Source: Ascoidea asiatica JCM 7603 (Eukaryota; Fungi; Ascomycota). Taken from it: 64,000 nt of DNA. Position 1 is the stretch's first letter. Every line of letters starts with the position of its first letter. The DNA is taken from contig BCKQ01000015.1 in NCBI GenBank assembly GCA_001600695.1, positions 48,018 through 112,017 on the forward strand, given 5' to 3'. Both the position numbers and the translations under genes were made by a program. A model generated the notes under the pieces. The model saw nothing but the letters and a program-made list of their open reading frames with translations. It was not told where the DNA came from and ran no database searches. Shown one piece after another: positions 1-12,500 of this stretch.

Positions 1-1
1 T

Positions 2-1996
2 AAAAAATTGGAATTAATTCAATTGACTGAAAGTTCTTTAATTAATTTCATTAATGATAATTTAAAAAAATTTCTTAATGAAAATGATAAAAATATAAAT
101 ATTTCAGATCCTTTAAATAATTTTGTTTCTTTTAAGAATTGGTATAATTCAATCAATACTCCTTCAATTATTCAACAATATATTTTAAAATCTCAAAAAT
201 TTCCAATGTTTATAAAACAAACAAATTTAGCAATAAAATCCTTATCTAATTTCAATAATGATACAATTTCTACTAATGACTTTTTAAATAATATCAAAGA
301 TATTTTGGTACCTGACTTAGATACTAAATTTAAATCTACAGTTTCCGATCCTAATTTATTTAAAGCTTTACCTTCTTATTGGGAAAATCAATTTGATAAA
401 GATATGAAAAAATTAAATGTTCTACCACCAACTGTTAAAACGAGAGTTTCTGAATATATTCCAAATATTATTACATTTATTGAAAAAATTATTAAAAATG
501 GTTATGGTTATTCAGCTACTGATGGTTCCGTTTATTTTAATACTCTAGAATTCGATACTTCAGATATTCATTCATATGCTAAATTACAGCCTTGGAACAA
601 AGGTCAATTAGATTTAATTCAGGATGGTGAAGGTTCTTTATCTAATTTTTCTAATCAATCTGGTAAAAAATCTTCCAATGATTTTGCTTTATGGAAAGCT
701 TCAAAACCCGGTGAACCATTCTGGAATTCACCTTGGGGAAAAGGTAGACCTGGATGGCATATTGAATGTTCTGTAATGGCTTCTGATATTCTTGGTTCTA
801 ATATTGATATTCATTCAGGTGGTATAGATCTAGCTTTTCCGCATCATGATAATGAATTAGCTCAATCTGAAGCTTGTTTTGATAATAAACAATGGATTAA
901 TTATTTCTTACATACTGGTCACTTACATATTGAAGGTCAAAAAATGAGTAAATCCTTAAAAAATTTTATTACTATTGATGAAGCATTAAAAACTTATTCT
1001 TCGAGACAATTAAGACTTGTTTTTGCAATGACACAATGGAATAATCAGTTAGATTTCAAAGATTCCTTAATTAAAGAAGTTAAAGGTTTCGAGAATACTC
1101 TTACAAAATTCTTTACTAATATTAGAGCTTTAAATCATGATGTTAATTATCAAATTGAAAAAGGAGTTGTTGTTTCAGAAAAATTAAATGAAATTGATTT
1201 CAATTTAATTAAAAGTTTAAAAACTTGTAAAATTCAAATTTATGAACAATTTTGTGATAATTTAAGTACTCCAATGGTTTTAAAAACCATAACTCAATTA
1301 ATTACTTTGACAAACAATTACTTATCCGATGTCAATAAAGATTTCAAAATTCGTATTTTAAATGAAATTGCTACTTATATCACTAAAATTTTATCAATTA
1401 TTGGTTTTGAAACTCGTTCTGATGGATTAGGCTGGTTAGATAATGCTTCTTCATCAGATGAATTATCTAATGGCACTGTTGATATTCATGAAGCTCTTTT
1501 ACCTTTTGCACAACTTATCAACAAAATACGTGATCAAATAAGAAGTATTGGAATTGATTCCAAAGACAAAAATTTACTTGATTTAAGTGATAAAATAAGG
1601 GATAAAGATTTATTGGATTTGGGTATTGCTTTGGATGATAGAGCAGGCCAAAGTTCATTGATTAAATTTTTATCACCAGATGAAAAAGCTGAATTAATCG
1701 AACAACAGAAACTCAAAGAAAAGCAACAATTAGAGAAATTGGCAAAACAAGAAGTTGAAAGAAAATTGAAAGAACAAAGAGAAAAAGAAAAGCAAGAAAA
1801 AGAAAAAGTTAATCCTATTGATTTATTTAAAACAGTAGAGTTCAAAGTAAAATATTCTGCATGGAATGAAGATGGAATACCAACTAAAAACATAGATGGT
1901 TCTGATGTTACCAAATCCGCTCAAAAAAAATTGAAAAAAAAGTGGACTGTTCAAAAAAAGTTGTATGACAATTATTCAAAAAAGGAGACTTCCTAA
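2..1996 (+). CDS. CRS1: Cysteinyl-tRNA synthetase, 5'-truncated by the window edge
   Basis: Class I KMSKS motif plus CysRS signatures DFALWK, GRPGWHIECS and HSGGIDLAFPHHDNE. The frame is open from base 2 and the track start is a TTG, so the real start lies upstream. Confidence 0.96.
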   Translation, partial: KKLELIQLTESSLINFINDNLKKFLNENDKNINISDPLNNFVSFKNWYNSINTPSIIQQYILKSQKFPMFIKQTNLAIKSLSNFNNDTISTNDFLNNIKDILVPDLDTKFKSTVSDPNLFKALPSYWENQFDKDMKKLNVLPPTVKTRVSEYIPNIITFIEKIIKNGYGYSATDGSVYFNTLEFDTSDIHSYAKLQPWNKGQLDLIQDGEGSLSNFSNQSGKKSSNDFALWKASKPGEPFWNSPWGKGRPGWHIECSVMASDILGSNIDIHSGGIDLAFPHHDNELAQSEACFDNKQWINYFLHTGHLHIEGQKMSKSLKNFITIDEALKTYSSRQLRLVFAMTQWNNQLDFKDSLIKEVKGFENTLTKFFTNIRALNHDVNYQIEKGVVVSEKLNEIDFNLIKSLKTCKIQIYEQFCDNLSTPMVLKTITQLITLTNNYLSDVNKDFKIRILNEIATYITKILSIIGFETRSDGLGWLDNASSSDELSNGTVDIHEALLPFAQLINKIRDQIRSIGIDSKDKNLLDLSDKIRDKDLLDLGIALDDRAGQSSLIKFLSPDEKAELIEQQKLKEKQQLEKLAKQEVERKLKEQREKEKQEKEKVNPIDLFKTVEFKVKYSAWNEDGIPTKNIDGSDVTKSAQKKLKKKWTVQKKLYDNYSKKETS

Positions 1997-2692
1997 GACT
2001 TTAGGGTCAAAAATATGACTCATAGAATATTTTTTAGCCTTAAATTTTCAAATTATATTTTTTATTTAGATAGTAATTTTGATTTCATAAATTTAAATTT
2101 TTACAGAAGATAGATATAATACAAAATTTTCAGAGATTATTTTAAGTTGCTTTAAATGCTCAGAATTATACTGTCTAAATTATCAAGGCCAGAAAGAAGT
2201 GTACAGTTAACCATTATATTTTTCAAATTTCAACCGAGCTGTTATCATAAAATTGATAAAGTTTTGAAAAATTGAAAAATTTGACCAAATTTCTCAAGTC
2301 TTTTTTGTCCAACCTAAAAGCATTTAAGCCGATTTGCCTTTTCTTCATTTGAAATTTGATTACAATTAGGTTTTGGAACTGCTTTAAAAAAAAATTCGTT
2401 CAAGAAAAAATCAAATACAGAATATAGAATTTCAAAAAATTAAGCTTTACTGAAATCCTTAGTAAAAAAAACCACAATTATCAACATAACTGTTACTCAA
2501 AAAAAATTTAACTATTTCGAACTCTAATTTTTCACTTATTTTTGACCTATTAAAAGTTAGGAAAATTTCAGGATTGGAATTTTTAATAGGAGAAAATTCT
2601 AAAAAATTGATCGAGAATATTACTTTCTGTTAAATCTATAAAAAACATTTAATTTAAGATATATAAGAAAGTACACAAAAATAAAATTTCTT

Positions 2693-4478
2693 TTATTGGG
2701 TTTGACGTACACCACTAACAATATCATCAACTCTTAATAGCATACACGAAGATTCAATTGCAGTTTTAATAGATTGAGTTTTAACTGAAGTTGGTTCCCA
2801 AATACCATATTCTTTCATATCAACAATTTTTCCAGTATCACCATTAATACCAAAAGAATAATTACCTTTGGCATGCTCAGCTCTTAATTTACTTAAAACT
2901 CTTATTGGATTACCACCAGAATTTTGAATTAATGTTCTTGGAATAACTTCCATTGCATCAGCAACAGCTTGATAAGGTAATTGATGAACTCCTTCAATTT
3001 TTTTAGCAAATTCGGATAATTTAACAGAAATTGCCATTTCAGTTGCTCCACCACCAGGAGATAAGGAAGGCTCTAAAAATACATTTCTTGTTACACTCAT
3101 TGCATCTTGTAAATTTCTTTCAACTTCATTTATAATATCTTTTGATGGACCTCTTAAAATAATTGAACAAGCTTTTGCAATTTTTTCATCTTTTGCTAAA
3201 ATATATGTAAAATATTCATCACCAATTAACTCAACCTTAAATAAACCACAATTTGTACCAATATCAGATTCTTTTAAATCTTCAACCCTATTTACTATTG
3301 TTGCTTTGGTAATTCTTGCAATTCTATTATTATCAGATTTTTTAGCTCTTCTTAAAGCAGTTACACCACCTTTTTGTAAATAATGTTGAGCTAAATCAGA
3401 TACACCTTTTTCGGTTATAACTAAATCAGGTTTAAATTGTAAAATATAATCACATAATTGCTTAACTTGTTCTTCTTCAATTTGTAGAATTCTATTCCAA
3501 TCATCTTCTTTTGTAATTTCAATATTTGTTTGAGATTCACCTTTTTTATATTCTAATGGACAATCTAATAATATAACTCTTGGATTTTCAATATATCTTT
3601 TCATTTTTGGATGAGTTATATCTTTATTTAAAATACAACCATTTATAAGTTGAGAATCTTCAATTTCTCCACCAGGAATTTTTTCAATTCTAATATATCT
3701 TTTAATATCAATTTCTTTAGTTGTATTTTCACCTCTATCAATTACAATTGATTTTACAGCATTTAAAGCTAAATTACACATTTGATTTGAATATTTAGAA
3801 ATATATTTAGTACCAATTGAAGCTTTGATTAATTCTAGCATTGAACTTTCATTCGATAAATCAATTGGTCTTGAGATATCATTAATAACTTTAAGAGAAT
3901 CTTTTAAAGCAGTTTTTAAAGCTTGAATTATAATTATTGGATGAATATTTTTTTCAGAAATATATGGAAAAGTTTGAGCTAAAATTTCTCCAGATAAAAT
4001 TATAACAGAAGTTGTACCATCACCAACTTCTTCATCCTGAGTTCTTGATAATTCTATCATTGATTTTGCAGCAGGATGAGCAACATCTATTTCTCTTAAG
4101 ATTGCATGACCATCATTCGTTAAAACGATACCACCCATAGGATCTAATAACATTTTCAACATTGCTTTTGGGCCAAGACATGTTCTAATAATATCTGCAA
4201 CAGTTTTTGCAGCTGTGATATTAGAGATTTGAGCCTCTCTTCCAGATTGTCTGGTAGTAGAAGTATCTGAAAATTGAATAAAAAAATAAATTAAAGGTTA
4301 GTTGAATTAATTTAGATTGAAATGAATTGAAACAATTCCATTATGGATTTTAAAAGAAAAAATATAACAAAAAAAGTGGAATGCTCAATTTATTGCCACA
4401 TGAATTGAAATGAATGTTAAAAAAATGTAAGAATAAAAAAGTAAAAAACATACTTAAGAAAACAACTGGTGCTTGCAT
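2693..4478 (-). CDS. CCT3: Chaperonin CCT/TRiC gamma subunit; exons 4478-4454 and 4266-2693, 187-nt intron, 532 aa
   Basis: GDGTTSV motif and CCT3-specific sequence. Splicing GTATGT (4453) to CAG (4267), branch AACTAAC 4303-4297, restores MQAPVVFLNTSTTRQSGREAQISNITAAK, the known Cct3 N-terminus pattern. Confidence 0.96.
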
Positions 4479-4920
4479 TTTAAAAAATAAGATTACTGTC
4501 CTATTATTTTACTTTCAAAACTAAACAAATCAATGGATAATAAATAATTGATTATCTTTTAAAATACTATCAATTATCTTTGTTTTGATAATAAATCTTG
4601 ATCTCTTTCACCGATTTACATTTTTGAAATTTGCATAAAATGTTTATTAATTTTATCAACAGTAAGCTTCCACAGCACAACCGTGGGTCAGAGCGCTATC
4701 CGTGACACGATTCCTTGCAAAACCGTGCGTAACCCCGCGGATATTATCACCAGCATTACGCTGCCTTTACTGCAGCAATATACCTTAAACAAATACCACC
4801 ATTATGGATTTAATAAAAAGTATCCGGATATTTTAAAATCCTGCTTTCCGCTCTTGCGGATCAACCCATAAACTGCAATACCATAAAAATGGTCTCTGTT
4901 GATTTTTTTTAAACAGTGAA

Positions 4921-4990
4921 CACGTGAAACAACGTAGGGCTTTTTAATGAGCCTTAGATTTGTTCTTTCCGGGCTTTAACAGCCCGGGCT
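4921..4990. promoter_or_regulatory. Cbf1-type E-box plus two inverted Tbf1-like GGGCT/AGCCY pairs in the CCT3-RPS12 divergent promoter
   Basis: CACGTGA 4921-4927; TAGGGCT-N8-AGCCTTA 4935-4956; CCGGGCT-N5-AGCCCGG 4969-4987; about 270-335 bp upstream of RPS12. Confidence 0.55.
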
Positions 4991-5255
4991 AGTTCTCGGC
5001 CTGGAAAGACCCAGAACCAACAACGGGTTTTTGGTTCGCAGTTCTGGCGCGCAGTGCTCGTTCTCTTCTTTTTCACTTGGCGGTGGTTCGTTCTTTTAAG
5101 TGAAAAATATATTCGATTCTGGTTTATAATTTATTTATTGATTTACCTTTTTTGAATCACTGAGCAGAATTTAGAATATATATACAATATCTATAGAATC
5201 TGACGAAGAAGTCTTAATATTAAAAGGAATCCTACTATAATACTATTTTAAAAAA

Positions 5256-5693
5256 ATGTCTGACGTTGAAGAAGTTGTCCCTGTTGAAGAAGTCGAAGAA
5301 GTTGCCGTTGAAGAAACTGGATCAATTTCTATTGAAGATGCTTTAAAAACCGTTTTAAGAACTTCCTTAAAATTTGATGGTTTAGCAAGAGGTCTTAGAG
5401 AAGCTTCAAAAGCTTTATCCAGAAGAGAAGCTCAATTATGTGTTTTATGTGATTCAGTTACTGAAGAAGGAATTATTAAATTAGTTGAAGCTTTATGTAA
5501 TGAACCTGAAGAAAAAATTCCATTAATCAAAGTCTCAGATGCTAAAAAATTAGGTGAATGGGCTGGTTTATGTCAATTAGATAGAGAAGGTAATGCAAGA
5601 AAAGTTGTCGGATGTTCATGTGTTGTTATCAAATCTTGGGGTGCTGCTTCTGAAGAAAGAGATATTTTATTAAACCATTTTGCTGAAGCTTAA
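5256..5693 (+). CDS. RPS12: 40S ribosomal protein eS12
   Basis: [41 protein letters not shown]; strongly biased codons; A-rich start context. Confidence 0.98.
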   Translation: MSDVEEVVPVEEVEEVAVEETGSISIEDALKTVLRTSLKFDGLARGLREASKALSRREAQLCVLCDSVTEEGIIKLVEALCNEPEEKIPLIKVSDAKKLGEWAGLCQLDREGNARKVVGCSCVVIKSWGAASEERDILLNHFAEA

Positions 5694-6052
5694 TTTTAAT
5701 ATTGATTATATTATCAATCTTATTTTATTGCCTAACTTAGATTAACTGAAACGTTAAATATTATTTAAATTACATGTTTTTCTTTTACATTTAACTAAAA
5801 TACTGTAGTTTGATTCTAATCATTCATAATTAATTGTATTCATATTAGAGCAAATGAAATTTTTAAACTATGTACAAAGCTGTCCCGCAAAAATGGTCTT
5901 TATTTTTTGTTTTTCAATTGCTTTTTAAAAATCATGTTTTTTGAATTGAAGAATGAAGTAAATTAAATAAATAAAAAACCTAATAAGAACTATTTATTAA
6001 TTCATTTCATTCCATTTTATTTCAATCATTATCATATTAATAATTATTTCAA

Positions 6053-7237
6053 ATGAATTCATGGTTACGAATATACCTTTCCTTATGTTTAATTGTGCTT
6101 ATTATAGTAATAATAGTAATTTTCTTCAATATTCCATTAACACAAAATAATAAGTTTGTCCAAAATGTTAAAAAAAGAATAATACCAATTTTATTCAAAA
6201 ATATCAATAAATCTATTGACTCAAATCAATATATCATAAATTGGTTAACCCCATTTTTTTATATTTTTTTACTTCTTTTATTACTTTATTTTTTCATTAA
6301 TTCTTCTTATGATTTAATTTTATCAAATAGTAATTTAAGTATTTCTCAACCAATAATTATACTTACTTTAATTTCAAATTTAGTTTTCAGTTTCATTAAA
6401 GTAATAATCTCGAATCCAAATCCAAATCTAACTTCAAATTCAAACTCAATTCAATTCAAAAATGATAATTTATTATTTTTTGATAATAATTTGTGTAAAA
6501 CTTGTCAACTAATTAAACCCGCAAGAAGCAAACATTGTTCAACTTGTAAAAAATGTATATTATTATATGATCACCATTGTATATGGATAAATAATTGTAT
6601 TGGCTTAAATAATTTTAAGTGGTTTTTATATTTTTTATTATCAAATATTTTTGCAATGTCTTATGGTCTTTATTTAAATTATTTTTATGTTATACCATTA
6701 GTAAATATTGATTTAGAAGGTGAAAATTTCAATGATTTTAATTTATTCTATAAACTTATCACAATGATTACAGATAACAATCTTGTATATAATCAAATTG
6801 TTATATCTACATTATTACTTTTTTTCTTTGATTTAATTGTTATTGCTTTTACAATATATCAATTAATTTTACTTAAAAAAGGTCAAACAACAAATGAATC
6901 TGAAAAGTGGGATTATATTAATGATTTAATAAAATCAAATTGTCTTTATTATTATAATAATTCTCAAAAAGATATTAAATTGCTCAAGCTTATAGATAAA
7001 GACTCTTTAACTGAAATAATTGCTTTAAATCCAGATAATTATGATATGTTTTATTTTCAAAAATTTGAAAATAATTTATATATTACTTTAGATGAAAATT
7101 TTCAATTATCTTTAGATGAGTTATCCAATCATTATAATTTAGTTCAAATTAATGAAACAAATAAAAAAAATCTAATTATCAATATTTATGATAATCAATC
7201 ATTAATTAAAAACTTAATAGAAAGATTATTTATTTAA
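6053..7237 (+). CDS. SWF1: DHHC palmitoyltransferase, Swf1-like
   Basis: CKTCQLIKPARSKHCSTC...DHHCIWINNCIG cysteine-rich domain, TTNE motif, C-terminal NIYD (PaCCT-like), several TM segments. Confidence 0.85.
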   Translation: MNSWLRIYLSLCLIVLIIVIIVIFFNIPLTQNNKFVQNVKKRIIPILFKNINKSIDSNQYIINWLTPFFYIFLLLLLLYFFINSSYDLILSNSNLSISQPIIILTLISNLVFSFIKVIISNPNPNLTSNSNSIQFKNDNLLFFDNNLCKTCQLIKPARSKHCSTCKKCILLYDHHCIWINNCIGLNNFKWFLYFLLSNIFAMSYGLYLNYFYVIPLVNIDLEGENFNDFNLFYKLITMITDNNLVYNQIVISTLLLFFFDLIVIAFTIYQLILLKKGQTTNESEKWDYINDLIKSNCLYYYNNSQKDIKLLKLIDKDSLTEIIALNPDNYDMFYFQKFENNLYITLDENFQLSLDELSNHYNLVQINETNKKNLIINIYDNQSLIKNLIERLFI

Positions 7238-7390
7238 AAAACAAAAAAAAACAAATCCAATTTATCGAAAAGTATAGATTTTCTTTTGTTCTCTTAATCG
7301 TTTTAGAATAGAAAAGGTTTTTTTAATAATAAACTAAAATAAGCTAAAAGTTACTCAAAATATTTATGATTAAAATATTAAAATTATTCT

Positions 7391-8653
7391 TTAAGTGTGT
7401 ATTGATTCAGCTAATAATCCTTTTTTTTTATCAAAACTTTTCATTGGTTGCATTCCAAATTTTGCAAGCATCGAAATGTCTTCATCCCATCCACTACAAT
7501 TAGTAGTTAACATTCTTTTACCCGTAAAAATTGCATTTGCACCTGCCATAAAACAAAGAAATTGTTCCATTTCTTTCATAGTATATCTCCCTGCTGCAAT
7601 TCTAACTATACTTTCAGGCATCAAAAGTCTAGCTGTTGCAATAGTTCTTAGAATATCATTAAATTTTAATTTTTTTGAACTTTGAACAGCTTCTAATGGA
7701 GTCCCGGGAATTGGAACTAATCTATTTATTGGAAGAGATTCAGGATGTTTTGGTAATGTTGCAAGAGTGTATAAGAAGCTAACTCTATCGGCTTCAGTTT
7801 CATTAATTCCTAAAATTCCTCCAACACAAGTTTTAATATCACTTTCTCTTACATTTTCAATAGTTTTTAATCTATCATCAAATGATCTTGTTGTAATTAT
7901 ATCAGGATAATGTTCTCTAGAAGTATCTATATTATGATTATAACATGTTAAATTATGTTTTTTGAGTTCTGCTAATTGATCTTTCTCAATCATTCCTAAA
8001 GTAACACAAGATTCCATACCTAAATCATTTATACCTTCAACCATTTGTCCAATTTTTTTCAAAGCACTTTTTCTACCTTTCATTTCACGCCAGGCTGCTC
8101 CAAGACAAAATCTTGTTGTTCCCTTAGATTTGGCTAATTTGGCTTCTTCCATAACTTGTTCAACAGAAATCATTTTTTTAGCTTCAACTCCAGTTGAATA
8201 TTTTGAACTTTGAGAACAATATGAACAATTTTCTGAACATCCACCTTCTTTAATATTACTTAATGTACATAATTGAACTTCAGTTGGATCATGAAAATTT
8301 CTATGAACAATTTGAGCAGAATAAATTAATTGAAGTAAAGGTGAATCATAAATTTTTTGAATTTGATCTTTTGTCCATTTATTATAAGGAGTTTTTCTTG
8401 AAACTGCAAATTTTAAAGGGTCAACAGCTAAAATTGGATCAATATTTTTAGTGTTATTAGATTTTAAAACTGAGTTTTCTTTAATTTGATGGGAATGTTG
8501 TATAGAAGAAGAAATAGGGGGAAAGGATATTGAGGTTCTTGTTGTATTCATAGAAGGTAATGAGTAGAACCTGACTTTACAAAATTTTGATAAAGAAAGT
8601 ACCCCTTCAATTTTTTTCAAACCACTAGTTCTTGAAATAACTTTAGAAAACAT
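7391..8653 (-). CDS. BIO2: Biotin synthase (radical SAM), mitochondrial presequence
   Basis: CSENCSYC motif, RFCLGAAWR, YNHNIDTS, ESLPINRLVPIPGTPL; basic Ser/Arg-rich N-terminus. Confidence 0.97.
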   Translation of the reverse strand: MFSKVISRTSGLKKIEGVLSLSKFCKVRFYSLPSMNTTRTSISFPPISSSIQHSHQIKENSVLKSNNTKNIDPILAVDPLKFAVSRKTPYNKWTKDQIQKIYDSPLLQLIYSAQIVHRNFHDPTEVQLCTLSNIKEGGCSENCSYCSQSSKYSTGVEAKKMISVEQVMEEAKLAKSKGTTRFCLGAAWREMKGRKSALKKIGQMVEGINDLGMESCVTLGMIEKDQLAELKKHNLTCYNHNIDTSREHYPDIITTRSFDDRLKTIENVRESDIKTCVGGILGINETEADRVSFLYTLATLPKHPESLPINRLVPIPGTPLEAVQSSKKLKFNDILRTIATARLLMPESIVRIAAGRYTMKEMEQFLCFMAGANAIFTGKRMLTTNCSGWDEDISMLAKFGMQPMKSFDKKKGLLAESIHT

Positions 8654-9165
8654 ATTTGAAAATAGTAGAAAATATATAAGATGCTATTTGAAAGTTCAAA
8701 TAAAAATCAAAAGATATATAAATTGAATAAAAGATTAGTTATCTAAAGTATTTAACTACAAAAAAAAGGGATGATATATCTATACAAGAAATTCAAGAAA
8801 AAGGAAAATATAAGAAAAGGGAAAATACGGAAAGAAAGAAATAAAGACTGAGGAAAAAAAGTACGAAGTGATGAAGCTACCGTAACAAAGGTGATAAGGA
8901 TAAATGAATTTTGATCAAGAAACTAAGAGAAATTTTGCTGCGAGCTCCTAGAAGTAAATATTTGCTGCTACAATTTCACTTATTTTGAATTGATATTGGT
9001 AATTGGGTGATTTTCCAGTGGGGTCTTGAAGAATATTTCTCAAGAATAAAGAATAGCATAAAAAATATATTTGAATGAATGCCTTAAACAGGCTACATCT
9101 TGAATTTAAGGTTATTACAAATAGAAAGTAGAGCTCTTTTTATTGGAGGAAGAAAGCGGCTCTTC

Positions 9166-9263
9166 TTGAGTCGTTTGAATCACTTAAGTCGCTTGAATCA
9201 ATTGAATCAATTTAATTGTTTGAATCACTTGAATCATTTGAGTCACTTGATCATGTGAGTCCT
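9166..9263. repeat. Degenerate 9-bp tandem array, consensus TTGARTCAH, about 11 units
   Basis: Units read directly: TTGAGTCGT TTGAATCAC TTAAGTCGC TTGAATCAA TTGAATCAA TTTAATTGT TTGAATCAC TTGAATCAT TTGAGTCAC TTGA-TCAT GTGAGTCCT. Confidence 0.9.
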
Positions 9264-9527
9264 CACTATTTTCAAAACTTTCAGTCTAAGTTTTTGACAA
9301 TTTTCTTTTACAAGATTGAAGATTATTACAAAATGAATAGCTATAACTTTATAAAAATAACAGTTAATAATGCTTCTAAAGCAATAATTATGAATAGATA
9401 TTTTGTTTTCATTTCAAAGAAGAATTCATTTATTTATGTTACAGCAATCTCACTCCTCGAGATTTATTATAATTAACTAATTAAGTATTTATACAACAAG
9501 AAAATATCTTTACTGATCTCCAAAAGG

Positions 9528-12500
9528 CTATTTTATTTCCAAAGCATTGGTCTCACCCTTTTGTTCAATCATATTTGGAACAGATTTATCAGTTATATTA
9601 TCATTTGAAATATTTTTTGTATTGTCATTTTCAGTAGATTCAACAAGTAAAACATTTGTTTCCTCACTTATGCTAGCACTTGAACTGTCATTATTTTCCA
9701 CCACTTCTGGTTTTAATTTCTCTTTAGGTTTCCAACTCATATAACCTTCTCCTCCTTTTTCTAAAAAAACTTTATATCTTTCTGTACATTGATCGATTAT
9801 TTCTTTATCCTCTATATCAACTTTCCAACCATAAACACTATCATTTAATAAAGATTCTAGTCTTTTTATTTGACCTTCTGTATTAACTGTCTCAGCTCGA
9901 TTGAATACAGAATACCTTGTATATTCATCATATGTACCTTCTTCAAATTTAAGCTTATAAGTTTCAGGAGAAACTGAAACTTTTAATTGAGAATCAGCAT
10001 AACCTTCAATATCTTCTTCCGGATTTTCTTCAATATTATCTGTTAAAAAGGGCATTTTTACATATTCTATTGGTATACCTTCCGTTGGATGTGCTATTAA
10101 ATAACTAGTTAAATAATAATCCCACTTTTCTTCTTTTGTTTCTTGAGTTAAAGTTTGATCATCTAAAGCCACAAACTGGATGCATACATGTTCATTTGAT
10201 TTATTATACTGAATATTGAACATATTTTCTTCACTACCCATCAATGATCTTACTCTCATTCTATAAATAATTTGATCTTTAGTAGAAAAACTTTCTGAAG
10301 TACGATCACCTTCAAATAACATCATCATTTCTGAAAGTTTATAATCAGAAATTATAGAATGCATATGCTTAGCTAATCCTTGCATAACTTTATCAACAGA
10401 AAATAATTTGAAAGCTTTATTACGATAACCTTGTCTCAAAGTTTCTTCAAACCATTGTCTTTCTATGTCTCCTTCGATTAATTTACAAGATAACTCTATA
10501 ACTTGTTTATATGGATCATTTCCTGTTATTTCAATTCCCATATCCTTTATCTGATGTGATATTAATCCTAAATCTTTGGCAAATTTAGTTTCTACTGTAT
10601 TAATTAGAAGATCACTTGTTTCTTTATTCATTATTTTAATTTCTTCAAGTCTTTCATAAATGGTTCTTAAGAAACGGAAAAATACATAAATCTGTGAACT
10701 GCAAAATAAATTGAAATTATTTCTGCATATAGAATTAGATGATTTATTGCTTTTATCACCTATCCTTGAATTAGGTAAAGTTTCAACCCATAGTTCACCC
10801 GCTTTTTCAATTTCGGCTGGAATTTCTAGCTCTTCAAGTGATTTAGGTGGTGATGATGGGCTTTCGCTATAATTTTTCTTTGATCGTTTGCTATTAAATT
10901 TCAAAACATTTTTCAATAAATCTTCTCTTCCTCTTTTCCCCTTTTTGATAGTTAAAGAAGTAGTAACAACAGTGGAAGAAACAGAACCTGAACCCTCAAC
11001 AGGAATTTTATGTACTTTATTTAAAACGTTTTCATCTAAATTAAAGAATAATTCAAGAAAACATGAATAAAAATTAGTGATTCTGCTTTTATCACTTACA
11101 GAATATGGAGTATTATTATTGAGATATGAGCAGATTAATCGTGAGATATCAATGAATATATCTTTATCTTTAAAATCATAATCTAATTGTTCTTGAGGCT
11201 TTGGTGTTAACGGATTCATCATTTTCTTAAGATTATTCTGTTCTATTTTAATCGCACTAATTTCTGAAACAAGTTGCTTAGTTGTTAATAGCTTCTTATC
11301 AGTTTGCTTGAAGGTTAATCCTAAATGATCCAAACTCTTATAGAATACTTTTTGTTCTTGCTCTCTCCAAACTTTATTCCATTCTCTATGAGCTATTTTC
11401 CATTCTTCATCTTTTTGTTTCAATCTCTTTAAAACAAGCGGAATAGAAAATGCCGGCCTTTCATGTATAGCATCAATAACTTCAAACCCTTTTTCTTTAT
11501 CATAAATTTTTCTAATAATTTTTTTATAGATAGTTAAAGAAGTATGGCCTAAACCTGGTTCTAGCTTGAAATTTTCTTTTTCTTTTGCACTCATAGTTTG
11601 AATTCTCGCATTAATTGCTTCAAGAGTTTGAATAGTTCTTGTATTTGATTCCATATAAAAATCATATTCATGTCTTGACTCCTCTATATTGAATAGTATA
11701 TCTTCATAAGTATTTTTTTTATGCGCTACAAAACCTGAATCTTCAGAAGCCCATATTGGATGGCCAACATATTCATCATTACATACTTCCCAACATAATT
11801 CATCTCTGCCGGAGCATGGCATGTATGTTTCTGCCTTGGGCAATTTTCTGTATGAAGGACCACATGGTTCACATTTTTCTAACAATAGCTTATGCTTCTT
11901 GAAACGAATTTCCTCAATATTTAAAGGTTCAAGACCATTGAATCCAATATAAGATTTGAACCAATCCATCAAATCCTGTTGAGCACCAATGAAAGCTTGA
12001 ACTCTTCCTATTAAAACAAATTTATCAATAATATTTTGAGTATAAAGATTTATTAATTTTAAAAAATTATTATATGAAGATTTATTTCCAATGAATTTTT
12101 TACACTTATCGAAAAAAGTTAATTCTTCAGTGAGAGCAGATTTACCTGGAGGTAACTTTCTGAGTGACTGTTTTTCTTTTTGATCCTTCGGTTTATCTAA
12201 TTTTTCTCTTTCGTGTTGTAAAATTGAGGGCCTTTTTGATTTTTGTAGACGAAGTTGTTCAAGTGATTGTTGATCGATTGACTGGGTAGGCCGTGGATTA
12301 GACCTTTGTTGCATAATAATTGGAGAGTATAAATGAGTTGAATTTCTTTCTGTAGAGATTGAATAGGAATCATTTTGATAAGACGCCATATGAGAATTCA
12401 TATTAGGATTGATATTAGAATTATTATTACGATTATTATTTATACTAGAATTAATATTAGGATTAGTATTTGTACCAATACCTGAGTTAATGTTAACATT

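Noticed and set aside
9166-9263. Array as CRISPR, or the 9216-9476 ORF as a gene
   Set aside because: Eukaryotic DNA, no spacers; the ORF starts at TTG inside the repeat and has no recognisable product.
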